Shown piece after piece: positions 27,365 through 38,500 of a DNA stretch of 64,000 nt. The notes beneath the pieces were generated by a model. That model was not told the DNA's origin and did no database searches. It worked only from the letters and a program-made list of their open reading frames with translations. Position numbers and translations under genes: made by a program. This DNA comes from Lama guanicoe. Taxonomy: Eukaryota. The stretch spans positions 932,001 through 996,000 of the forward strand of contig MU053933.1 of NCBI GenBank assembly GCA_013239625.1, in the 5' to 3' direction. The number at the start of each line of letters is the position of its first letter. The first letter of the stretch is position 1.

Positions 27365-27556
27365 TGCCAGCTTCCAGCAGGGGGCCATTTTGTCCCCAGG
27401 GAGACACTTGGCGAAGTCTTCTGCAACAGGGGGCGGGGTCTGCGGGTACCCAGTGGGCAGAGGCCAGGGCTGCCACAGGTCCCACGGTGCCCAGGACGGC
27501 CCTGCCCGAGACTCGCCTGCCCAAAATGTCTGTGGTGCCGAGGCTGAGAACCGGTG
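27365..27556 (+). mobile_element. MER20-like hAT-Charlie DNA transposon relic
   Basis: GGGGGCCATTTTGTCCCCAGGGAGACACTTGGC...AGTGGGCAGAGGCCAGGGCTGC...CCCAAAATGTCTGTGGTGCCGAGGCTGAGAACC follows the recalled MER20 consensus. Confidence 0.8.
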
Positions 27557-30500
27557 TGTGTGGTCAGCCCCCTTTGTCTTCCCAGAGCCGTCAGCCTCCT
27601 AACCCAGCAGGTCGTGTGCACCCCAGGGGCTGGTTGAAGCAGAGCCCCCCCTCCCCCCCCCCCCCCCCCAGTCTGATAGGCTGCGCCTTGGGTGGGCGCC
27701 CGGAACTGGCATTTCTGCCGGGCATCCCAGATCCCGTTCGTCGGTGTTCCTACCCCCGGGCTTCCCCTCCTCTCCCTCTGTCTGCTCTCTGCATTTGAGA
27801 CCATCGACCTTTTTCCATTTGGGGAGCTGCCCCCTCCACCGACTTCTCCCACCTGTGCCTGCTTTCCCCGCCCTCGGCCCGTGAAGGGCGACGTTCTCCG
27901 AGCTTTCCCGCCAGCCCGCTCACCTCGCCCTCCCGCGAGCTACCTGAGCCCCAGCAAAGCCTCCCGTCTGCTCCGTCCGAGTTCTCCGGCTCCACATTCC
28001 AGCTGCCGTGGGTCCCCCACTTCTAAACACGCAGTGTAAACCAGTCCAACCCACTCAGCGGCTGGCAGCCTTGCCCGCAGGCGGAAACCCCCGGGACCTT
28101 CCTTCAAACGATGCCAGCGCCCAGACGCCCGCGGGGACCGAGTGCCTGCGGATTTGGGGGGATGTTTCTAAAGCTCACCGGGCGATTCTGACGTGCGGCC
28201 CGGGCGAGAGTCACCGATGTAAAGTGGAGAAAACCCAAGCAGCTCCTCCTGAGCCCAGGCTGGTGCCTCGTCCGTCCTGCAGCGGCCGGAAGGTCACGCC
28301 ACCAGACACGGGGTTCCCCTTCTTGAAAAGTGCCGAATCAGCTTTGTTTCTTCCCAGAAGATAATCAGGTCGTGTCCCTTCAGCCTCCTCCCACCGAGGA
28401 GCGGCAGCCCCTCTATCCACAGCCCCGTCAGCACCTGCCCCCGAGCCTCAGACGCAGAAGCCGCCGCACGAGAGGGGCTGTTCTGCGGGGGCCGGTCCTC
28501 CGCCACGCCGGCTTTCTGCCCAGTTCCCGCCCACAGGAGGGGCTCCTCGCGGCCTCCTCTGCAGGCTCCAGGGGCTCTTGACTGCGATCGCCTGGATACT
28601 GATCAGAAGTCGGGGTCCCATCTCTTATACCCAATTGTTTTGGTTCATTTCAAACCAAATATCATGACCTACTGACTCTCCCTTCAAAATACTTCTTGCC
28701 TTAACAATCAGGGAACGTTCAGACTGGTATTTTAAAATAATCTGGGACATATTTACATAAGTCAGTGGGGCTATAATCTAACAAGGGGTCGGGTACCTTC
28801 CACTCCCTTTTGGAGCTGGGAAGGAAGGTGACTTGAGTGCCCGTCAAGCCTGATTCCTGCAGATCAACAGACACGCGTAGACACATCCCAGCTTTGCTCC
28901 GGCCGTGCTCAGAGGGACTGAGCGTCTGGTCCAGGTGCTCCCTCCGGACAGGGGACCATTCTGGGTCCCACGGTGTCCTACTGACCTATGTGTTACATCT
29001 TGACGACTCCTTCTGTTTCTGCCACGACGGCTTCAAGACCCTCATGGAAGGAGGGAAACAGACACTGAAATAGCACGAGAAAAGCTGGGGCGCGTGGCAG
29101 GGCCCGGGGGTGGGGGGCCAGGATGACACAGCACACACGTGACAAACACCAGTGCCGCTTTATTTCTGATTTTAGCTCAGGTGTGGTACAGGAAGCTCTC
29201 CGCCGGGTGAAGTGACCGTGCACTCGCAAGGAGAGCGTGCTCGGCCATCCGCTCAGCTCAGGAGCAGTGCCCCCGGGTTCTGGCGTGGCTCCCACTAAAT
29301 GTGTCTGAAAAAGAGGCCTTTGAGCCAGGCACTTACATTTGGAGAGAAGACAAATGCAGTCGAAGTCCCAGGCAGGCGGAAAGTGATTTATCTCCGCTTT
29401 GTGGTCGAGGAAGAAATGAGGAAGATGCAACTTAATTTAGGCTGAGCCGGGAGTTTAGTCAATCGTGGAAGCAATAATATGGTCCTGAGAACATCCTGTT
29501 GCTCAGAATCAAGAGGATTAAGGAGCGAAGAGCCAGGAATAATCTTGAAGGGCCAACTGTCATCAGCGCCTCTAACGGGAGTTGCCGGACACAGCTCTGT
29601 GTCTCCCCATCCTGTGCAGGCGACACTGTCCTCCGCCTCCCGCACCCTCTGCCCCGCCACCGCCACCTCCCCACAGCACCCGGCCTGCGGGGAGGAGGGG
29701 AGGAGAGTCCTTGTGGCCGCAGAGGAGAGGGGTGAGAAACGGGGGGTGAGGACGAGGAGGGGGCCCTGTGCTCCCCTCTCTCCACCCTCTGCCCCTACAT
29801 CAGTGCTGCTTGTGGTGGGAGGAGCCTGAGGGAGGAGAGAGAGGCGGTGACGGCCACCGCACCTTGGCTCTCCACACCCCTTGCCCCGGCGCCCCAGCAC
29901 CCTGCTCCTGTCCTGGGCGGCACCAACAAGTGCCCAGAGTCTGGCCTCTGGACGCCCGTCTGGTTCGAAGCCAGCTCACCCATCGCTAGTGGGTTTCAGC
30001 GAGGCCCCACCCTCCCTGAGCTCTGGCTCCTCGTACCTGCAATTAGCAGGGCTGACAACCGCCTGGAGGATTCGGGGAGGATGGACTTGCCCTGCCAGCA
30101 CATCACTGTGAGTACCGAGGCAGCCAGTACCACCACGGGCTGAGCGCCTGCCCCACCCCAGTTGGGCAACAGCCCCCGTGGCTCACCCACTCTGCAGGTG
30201 GGGCCACACTTCAAACCACATGGATTCAAAGTAAGGTGTTCCGCCAGGAACCAAAGTCCCAGATAACCAACTTCCAGAGACCTTTGGAAGAGGACCTTAA
30301 CCTAACTAAGCAGGTGCTCATGCAGGGATGGGCGGGCGTGGACCCCCTCCTCCACGCGCTCTGCCCAGCAGGACCCCTCGTGGGAGAGGCCAGGACTCTA
30401 GATGGCCACAGGGTTGTCTGCCTGTCATTCATAGTGCTACACTGTTTTTATTTTTATACTTTATCAGTGTTTTAAATTGTCAAAACCCTTCCATGTGGCC

Positions 30501-31029
30501 TGTAACCATTAAACCACTGGTATCACCCTCAGTGAATCAGTTACCAGTTCGGTGTTTGGTGTGAATCCTTCCAGACTCCCTGACTTTCTCACCAGCTCTA
30601 AGCTCGTTCTGCGTCTGTGGCTCTGTGACTCGCTGAGTCTCCTGATAACATGTCACGGGTACCCCCCGCCTCAGTCCTTGCACACTTACCTGCAGCGTGT
30701 AACAACCGAATGACACTCACGGAACAGCTGTATGTCATCCAGCCCAGGGGGAGAGGGGCCTGAGTACACCTTAGCCACTCTGAGAGCACTTACCGCGTCC
30801 TTCCGACACGTACTTGACCGTGGGCGTGGGTTCCAGGAGGGCAGGACCTTCTTGCCTGGTTCACTGTTGTGCCACCAGAACCTGATCACGCGAGCCCTCT
30901 GGGGAAGCTGTACTCCGGCAGTGCTGGTGAGAACCACTGTCTGTGCCTTGTAGCACTCCTGTTACCAGCTGCTAAAATTTTGCTAGACTGCTGAGTGTAA
31001 AAACAAAAAAAACAAAAAACAAAAAAAAA

Positions 31030-31140
31030 CACTTTTTTCTTGATTGAAGTGCCGTCAGTTGCAGTGTCAGTCTCTGGTGCGCAGCACAGTGTCCCAGGCA
31101 TGCGAGCACATACGTGTGCTCGTGTAAGTGCCTTTCTTGA
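31030..31140 (-). mobile_element. Very short L1 3' end fragment
   Basis: TTGATTGAAGTGCCGTCAGTTGCAGTGTCAGTCTCTGGTGCGCAGCACAGTGT parallels the L1 ends at 9227 and 48500. Confidence 0.7.
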
Positions 31141-31188
31141 GGTGCCTCTTTTTACTTTTTTTTTTTTAGCTGTTATCAACTCTTAGCA

Positions 31189-31310
31189 GGGAGGGTGTAG
31201 CTCAGTGGTAGAGGGCGTGCTTAGCGTGCAGGAGGTCCCCGGTTCAATCCCCTGTGCCTCCGTTAAAATCAACAAAAAAAAATAAAACTAATTGCCCCCC
31301 CAAAAAAACC
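31189..31310 (+). mobile_element. tRNA-derived SINE (camelid Vic-1-like)
   Basis: GGGAGGGTGTAGCTCAGTGGTAGAG (A box)...GGTTCAATCCC (B box), A-rich tail, TSD TTATCAACTCTT at 31173-31184 and 31311-31322. Confidence 0.9.
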
Positions 31311-31847
31311 TTATCAACTCTTGCCTATTCCTGTTCTTTGCCTATTTTCCACCGACTTCCTTGTCTCCCTCCAACCTTTGCTGTGTCCCCAGTATCTTCT
31401 CCCCACCCCTGTGGGTCTCACGACTGCAGGGGGTGACATGGCCAAGGTGCCCGTGCATTTTCGACTGAGTTATTGACACCTCGGCTCTTGTGCCCTTGGG
31501 AGATGCCGTTGCCAGGAGCTCAAACCAGGCACGAGGGGGGCGCCTCCAGCATCCATCCATCAGATGCTGGGCCAGACAAGGGCAAGTCTGAGCCATCCCA
31601 ACCGCACTCAACAAGTTTTTTTTATTAACCAAATATGAATATGATAGAGGAGGTCCACCGCTTAAATGGTATATTTAAAGTATTTAGAGTTCTTCTGAAT
31701 GAGGAATCTCAGAACAGCCAAAGAAACTAATTTTTAAAAGACCTAATTCGCTGAATTCTAATTCACCCCGAGCGCTTATCTCTTGTACCAGACGGGCGCG
31801 AAGGTCTCTGACAGCATCTCACAGTGAAACTGCCTTCTCTCTTGCAG

Positions 31848-31891
31848 GACCCCCTACAAAGTGAGACCCGTGGCCATCAAGCAACTCTCCG
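31848..31891 (+). CDS. PDE9A: PDE9A coding exon (exon 4 equivalent), 44 nt, TPYKVRPVAIKQLS
   Basis: CCTTCTCTCTTGCAG acceptor; GTAAGG donor at 31892; phase 2 to phase 1; peptide matches recalled PDE9A. Confidence 0.95.
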
Positions 31892-33770
31892 GTAAGGCGC
31901 TGCTAGCGTTTTTTAAATTAAAAGAGAAAAATGGGGCTCCAGGCTGCCCCTGTGATTGACTACGCATGAGCTGAGCACTGGCTCAGAAGCCTGTCCTGTT
32001 ACAGAGCCTAAAGGCGCCGACTGCTGCAGGGGCAGCCGTCCTCAGCCCTCCGCAGTCCCAGGACGTCCAGCCCCACCCACGACCCGGTCCTGGCCACTTA
32101 GCAGACCCGGGAGATACCCTGCTCTTGTTTCCCGGGGCCCAGTGCCTTATCCTGTCCACTCAGACTGCGAGGTGGAACGGCCAGCCCTTATGCCCTGCAC
32201 AGTTGGAGATGCTGTTTTGTTAAAATTCCATTTCCTTTTGCATCTTTAATCAGCCTTACTTAGGTATCATTTATGCATAATAAAATGTTCCCATTTCAGT
32301 GTATATTTTGGTGAGCTTTGAAAGTTTTACACATCCCTGTTAACTGTCACCAAAACGGAGACGGGACATTCTCATCACCTAAAAAAGTCCCCTGGTGTCT
32401 CTTCCCACATTACCGCTGCCCCACCTTGACTCCTGGTCTCTGTCAACAACCAGCCTGCTCTCTGACACCGTAGGCTAGGTTTGCCTTATCAAGAGTTCCA
32501 TAGAAAAGAAACTGCATAATGTGTGCACTCTTTTCTGACTCGACCTAATGTTTCTGAGACTCACCTGTGTGCTGTGTGTATCAACGATCCATTCCTTTTT
32601 ATTGGTGAGTAACGTCCCAAGACGCGGCCGGACCGCCGTTCGCTTGCCCATTCTCCTGCGGAAGGACGTCTGGCTTGCTTCCAGGCTGGGCTGTTTGTGA
32701 ACAAGGCGGCAGTGAGCACCCAAGTACAAGCACTGATGGGGACATGATGTTTCTTTCTCTCGGAGTTGGCAGGGCTGGATGGTTTTGCTGGGCCACGTGG
32801 CTAAGGACCCGTTTCACTTTATAAAACACACTGCCCCGCCATTTTTTGCACCGTCTTGCGTCCCCATCCACAGCGTGCACACGTTGCAACAGCCTCACAT
32901 TCTCAGCCGCGCTTGTGGGGTCAGTCTTCTTTACGTTAACCGTTCTGCTGGGTGTGTAGTGTTGCTGCATTTGGTTTTAACTTCCGTTTCCATGGTGATT
33001 AGTGACAGTGAGTGTCTTTAAAGTATCTCCCGGCTGTTCATAAATCTCTCACGAAGCGCTTGCTCACGTCTTTTCTGATTTGTCGGTGGCGTGGCAGCGG
33101 GCGCTGTTCCTTCTTATTCTTAAACTGCGAGCGTCCTTGGTGTCCCTGGGACGCGCACCTTTGGTTAGGGAGGTGTTATAAATATGTTCTCCTGGTCTGC
33201 AACTTACCTTTCATTTTCTTACCATGCCTTTCAGCCCGAATTAAATTGTGAGTAGGCCCAATTTATCCCTGTTTGTCCTTTTATGGTTTGTACTTTTCTG
33301 TGTCCTGAGAAATCTTCGTTTATCCTGCAGCTGTGAAGTTTTCTCCTCTGTTTTCTTCTGAGTTTTATAGTTTCAGCTTTTACATTTTGGTCAGCGATCC
33401 ATTTCAAGTTAGTTTTTGTGTATGCCCTGGGGAAAAAGCTGAGGTTTATTTTTCTTTTTAAAATGTAAAATTAATTTAATTTTAATTTTTGTGAGTGATG
33501 GCTGCAGAGGAGAACTTGACGCTGCCCATGCCGTGCTGGGTGGTGTGTGAGTGAGGCAGTGATGGCTCAGTGCCGCCCTTTGCAGTGTTTGAGTGGCAGC
33601 ATTTGTACAGGAGCCCCGGGTGCTTTAGGTACCGTTCATGCCTGAGTGCTCTTAATTCAGTTCTCTTGATGATAGATGTTAGAGTGAAATACGAGCTCTA
33701 ACTTTTTGTAGTAGGCAAATAACTTTTTTATCATAAAGAGCTTATCAAGCCCTTGCCTTAATAATAAACC

Positions 33771-33971
33771 TTTTTTCTTTCTCTTTTTAAAATATTTTTT
33801 CTTTTTCTTTTTCTTTTTTTTTTTTTTTTTTTTTTGGTTTTGGTTTTTTGGGGGGGGCGATAATTAGATGTATTTATTTACCTATTTGAATGGAGGCGCT
33901 GGGGACTGAGCCCAGGACCTCGTGCGTGCGTGCCAAGCACACGCTCTGCCGCTGAGCTCTCCCTGCCCCCC
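33771..33971 (-). mobile_element. tRNA-derived SINE (Vic-1-like) with long T-rich tail
   Basis: GGAGGCGCTGGGGACTGAGCCCAGGACCTCGTGC...GCTCTGCCGCTGAGCTCTCCCTGCCCCC is the reverse complement of the SINE head. Confidence 0.88.
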
Positions 33972-34223
33972 GCAAACAACTTTTCAGCGTGAAAAGCTAC
34001 ATCAAGCCCTGGCCTTGATAATAAACTTTGTAATTATTGCTTTATGTTGTTACTGACTAAATCCTGTGCTCTACTCAGACTTCTCTCAGTTTCTCCCAAC
34101 GAACGTCCCTTTTCTGTTCCAGGATCCAGTCCACACTCGGTCGCTAAACCCTCCCGGTCTTCTCTGGCCTGACGGGGTCTCAGACTTGCCTCGTTTGCCA
34201 TGACCGAGGCAAATTCTGAGTCT

Positions 34224-34378
34224 GCAGAATGCAGCTCAGTGGGAGAGCACCTACGTGAGGTCCTGGGCTCAATCCCCAGCACCTCCACTTACAAAATAAA
34301 TAAACCTAATTACCTCCCCCCGTCGCTAAATAAATAAATAAATAAATAATGAAATGAATAAATTCAAGGGAAAAAAAA
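34224..34378 (+). mobile_element. tRNA-derived SINE (Vic-1-like), internally deleted
   Basis: GCAGCTCAGTGGGAGAGCAC...GAGGTCCTGGGCTCAATCCCCAGCACCTCC...AAATAAACCTAATTACCTCCCC followed by (TAAA)n. Confidence 0.85.
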
Positions 34379-36454
34379 GAGCTTGTAGGATGCCCCCCAG
34401 TCTGGGTCTGTCTGGTGCTTTTCTCACGATCAGCCTCAGAGTGTGGATTTTTGGAAGGAGAATACAGTGTTCGTCACACCCACACGAACCACAGACATCT
34501 TCACTGTCAAGTTACTCTTTTCCCCTTTCTTGCTCTGTTCTTGGGAAGCGAGTCCTTATGTCCAGCCTGCCTTCCAGTAAGGGAGAAAAGAATTGAGGTT
34601 CACTTTCTCTGTACAGATACCCATTTGTTCCAGCACCATTTGTTGAAAAAACAGTCTTTTCCCCCATTGAATTATCACAGCACCTTTCTCCAAAAATCAG
34701 TTGACCACGTACATGTGAGTCTTTTTCTGGACCCGCTGTCATGTTCCATTAATACCCACATCTGTCCTTAAACCAGTGCCACACTGTCTTGGTTCCATAG
34801 TTCGTAGTTAAGTCTTGAAGTCAGGAAGTGCAAGTCTTTGGGTTTCATTCTTTTCCAAAAATGTCTTACTTACTCCAGGCTCCTTTTACTTTCAAATAAA
34901 TTTTAGAATCAGTCTGTCAGTTGCTACCCAAAAAAAGTCAGCTGGGATTTTGATTGAAATGATGTTAAATATATAGTACCCTTTGGGAAGAACTTCTGAA
35001 TTAGGAACGTGGAGTCTCCTGATTCGTGAATATGCTCTCCCTCGATTCATCTGGGTTTGCTTCAGCGTCCCTCACTGATGTGTTGTAGTTGTGGAGGTAA
35101 AGTTCTTGAATGTCTGTTGATAAATGTGTCACAATGTATTTCGTATTTTTTAATGCCATCATCAATGGATTTTTATAAAGTTTCAATTTCTGTTAGTCTT
35201 TAGTTTATAGAAATATAGCTGGCTTTTGTGTATTGACCCAGCTGAACTCACCTGTTAGATCTAGTACCTTTCTGTGGATTTCTGTAGATTTCCTGCGATT
35301 TCCTACATAGAGAATAGAGAATTGCTTCTTCCTTTCAAATCTGATGCTTTCTGTTTCTTCTGTTTGTTTCCTTGCTTTTTTGCACTGCCCAGGATGCCCA
35401 GTACAGGAGAGGAATGGAAGGTGTGAGAGTGCAGGTTCTTGCTTTGTTCTCAGTGTCAGAGGGAGCGTGTGAAGGTTTTCAGCATCAGTTATGATGTCAG
35501 TGGAAGGGGTTTTTGGTAGGTGCCCTTTATCAGGTTGAAAGTTTATTTGGTTTTTTTAAAAATTTCTGTTCCTAATTTGCTGAGAGTTTTAATCACAGAT
35601 CAGTGTTGAATTTTGTCAAATGCTTTTCTGCCTGCACTGAGGTCATCATTTTTTCTCCTCCTCTTTCCCGTTAGCAGTGAATTTTACTGATTGATTTTAA
35701 AACATTAAACTAAGCTTGCATTCCTGGTATCGTCTCCGTTTGGCCACGGCATATTTTCTGTTTGTTTTGGATTAAATTTGCAGCTGTTCTGTGAAGGATT
35801 CTTGCATCTGTATTAATGGAGAATATTGGTCCATAGTTTCAGTTCCTTATATTCATCTGGCCTCATAAAGTGAGCTGGGAAGTGTTTCGCCCTCCTCTGT
35901 GTTCCGAAGGGTTTGTGTAGGGCTGGCACTATTTCTACCCGAAGTGCTGGGTAGAATTCACTAGTGAATCCACCTGTGCTTGGAGTTCCTTTGTGGGAAG
36001 GTTTTAAATTATGAATTAGATTTAATAGGTGCATTCAGGTTTTCTGTTTATCTGGGAATTAGTTTTAGGAAGCTGTCTCCACGTCTCCTAAGTTTTATCT
36101 GAGAATTGGTTGGCATGATGTGATTTGAAATATGTCCTTGTCATCCTCCTTAGGTCCACAGACCTGCGGTGAAATCCCCCCTTTCACTCAAGACATCAGT
36201 CATTTATGTCTTCTCTCTTTTAAAGGTAATCAGTCTAACTAGAGATTTGTAAATTGGGTTGATTTTTTCCCCCAAAGAAATGGGTTTCATCGGTTTTCTC
36301 TGTTGTTTGTCTGCATCCTGTTTCATTGTTTTCTTCTCTTATTTCTACTCATCCAGATCTAATGTGCTTTTCTTTTTCTAGTTGCTAAAGGCAGAGACTT
36401 GGGTCCTTGATTTTAGATCTTTCATTTTTTCATATAATAATTTAATGCTTGAGT

Positions 36455-36608
36455 GGGGAGGGTATAGCTCAGTGGTAGAGCATGTGCCTAACATGCACAA
36501 GGTCTTGGGTTCAATCCCCAGTACCGCCATTAAAAATAAATATATAAATAAATAAATAAAAACCTGATTATCCTCCCTCCAAAAAAATAAAAAATAAAAA
36601 TAAAATTA
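36455..36608 (+). mobile_element. tRNA-derived SINE (Vic-1-like)
   Basis: GGGGAGGGTATAGCTCAGTGGTAGAGCATGTGCCTAACATGCACAAGGTCTTGGGTTCAATCCCCAGTACC plus A-rich tail. Confidence 0.92.
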
Positions 36609-38089
36609 AAGCCAGAGATTCTCCTCTAAGCATACGTTATCTGTATCTCAAATTTCGATGTGTTGTGTTTTCATTTTTATTAAGCTTAAAATATTTTCTC
36701 ACTTACCTCGTGGCTCCTTTTCTGGTCCATTTGTTACTTAGCAGTATATTATTTAGTTTTCAGATATTTGGGGATTTTCCAGTTATCTTTCTGTTGTTTA
36801 TTTCTGTTCATCCATTGTGACTGTGTAACTTCAGTCTTCGTCGATTCATTAGGATGCATGGTACATATCCTGGCAGCTGCTCTGCGCGCTCCTAAAAAGC
36901 ACGTGTGCTGTTGTAACTGGGGGTGCGATTCCACACATGGCGATTAGGTCGCGTGAGCTGCAGGGCACTATGCAGGGCACGTTTTCTGTGTCTTTACCTA
37001 TTTTTTGTCTCTTGTTCTATCTCTGCCTGAAAGATGAACATTGAGATCAGCTGTGTCGTGGCTGTGTTCTTTCATTTCTCAGTTCCCTCTGTTTTTGCTT
37101 CATGTATTTGCAATTTCTCTTCCTGGCCACATACTTATTTGTGTCTTCTTGGTGGATCAACCCCTTTATTCTTAGGAAAATGTGCCCTTTACCCTTGGTG
37201 CTATTCTGCTTTTAAAGTCTTCTTTACCTCCTATTAATACAGCCACTCCAGCCTTCTGAACGTCTAGTGCTCCTAGGTTTTATCCCTTTCCAGGCTTTTC
37301 CTTTTAATGTCTTTATATTTGAAGTGGATTTCTTACAGGCAGCATGTGTTAGTTCTAGAAATTGCAGTTTTTTCATTAAGTTTTTAACCCGTTTACATTA
37401 AATGTCACTACTGATATGGTTGGGTTTAAATCTACTACCTCGCTGCTCACTTTCTGTTTGTCTCATTATTCTTTTTGATGTTCTCCTCTCTCTCTACAGC
37501 TTTCGGATGCCGAGCCCGTTTTAAACCCACTGTTCTCCACGCTTGATTTATGAGCTGTACTTCTTTTTATTTCTTTGTGGCTGCTCTTGGTTGCAATATG
37601 TATCATTGACTCATCACAGTCTACCTTTAAATTCCATCGCACCGCGTCACGGTAACACAAGACCCTCGGAACAGTGTGCTGCCGTTTCTCCAGCCTCGTT
37701 CTTTGTGCTTTAGGTCATACGTTCTACTCCTGTGTATGTTTTAAGCCCCATAATGCACTGTTGTCCTTTTTGTTTTCAGCAGTTGTGTTTTTTTCTTCAT
37801 GTCTTTGTATAGATCCTTGTTTGCATTTTTTGTTATGTTGTGAATTATCTGGATTTTGTTTTCTTGCTTTAAAGAGTGTGGACTCTGTCCTGGCAGACAG
37901 TTAAGTGACGTACGGATCAGTTTAATGCCTTTGAGACCTTTTTTTTTAGCTCTGCTAGGATGGTTCTAGGAAACCCCTGCTCCAGGGGGAGTTCTAGCCT
38001 GCAGCTGAGGCACCATCCCTGTGGCGTCTCCACCGAATTCCTGCTGACCACCAAGAATTCCTCACTCCAGCTCTTTGGCGCTCAGACAT

Positions 38090-38500
38090 TTGGAGATGAG
38101 GTTGGGGAACATTGCGGGGTCAGGTCATGTGGGACCTTGAAGGTCCTTGAGGAGTTACTGCTGTGATTCCTGTGTGGGGACAGGTGATGGAGGTGGTGAG
38201 AGTGGTCAGATTCTGGCATGTTCCAAAGGACGAGCCAAGCTTATTTCCTGACTGGGTGGATGTGGGAGAAGCCTCCAGGGTCCGGCCTGAGCCACAGGAA
38301 GAGTGGAACAGCAGCCTTGTGAGGGTGTGGGCTGAGGGTGAGGAGGACCTGGTTTGCCTGTTGGACATCAGTGTCGGGTCGACATGCCTAGAGGAGCCGG
38401 TAGCGCCCCTGAGCTGGGGCTGTAGCAAGGAGCTGGCAGTGTGGGTGGTGTTGGATGCGCTCACCAGGGGGCACCCAGGACTGAGCCCTGAGGCTCCCAC
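38090..38500 (-). mobile_element. L2 LINE fragment
   Basis: GGAGATGAGGTT...GGAGGTGGTGAGAGTGGTCAGATTCTGG...GACTGGGTGGATGTGGGAG resembles antisense L2. Confidence 0.65.

Larger units (their letters stand above)
32245..37900 (-). mobile_element. Large decayed ancient L1 (3' UTR through ORF2) with nested L1MC/MD fragment and SINEs
   Basis: AT-rich block with antisense L1 motifs (TTGTTCCAGCACCATTTGTTGAAAA, GCTGGGATTTTGATTG, TTTTGTCAAATGCTTTTCTGC, GGTAGAATTCACTAGTGAATCCACCTG); no intact ORF. Confidence 0.85.

Noticed and set aside
27645..27669. Long poly-C run as a functional G-quadruplex or i-motif
   Set aside because: A homopolymer with no other support; its length is also prone to sequencing error.
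36455..36530. tRNA gene calls for the GGGGAGGGTATAGCTCAGTGGTAGAG elements (7 copies in the window)
   Set aside because: They have A and B boxes but also a shared non-tRNA 3' part, A-rich tails, TSDs and copy-to-copy divergence, so they are SINEs.
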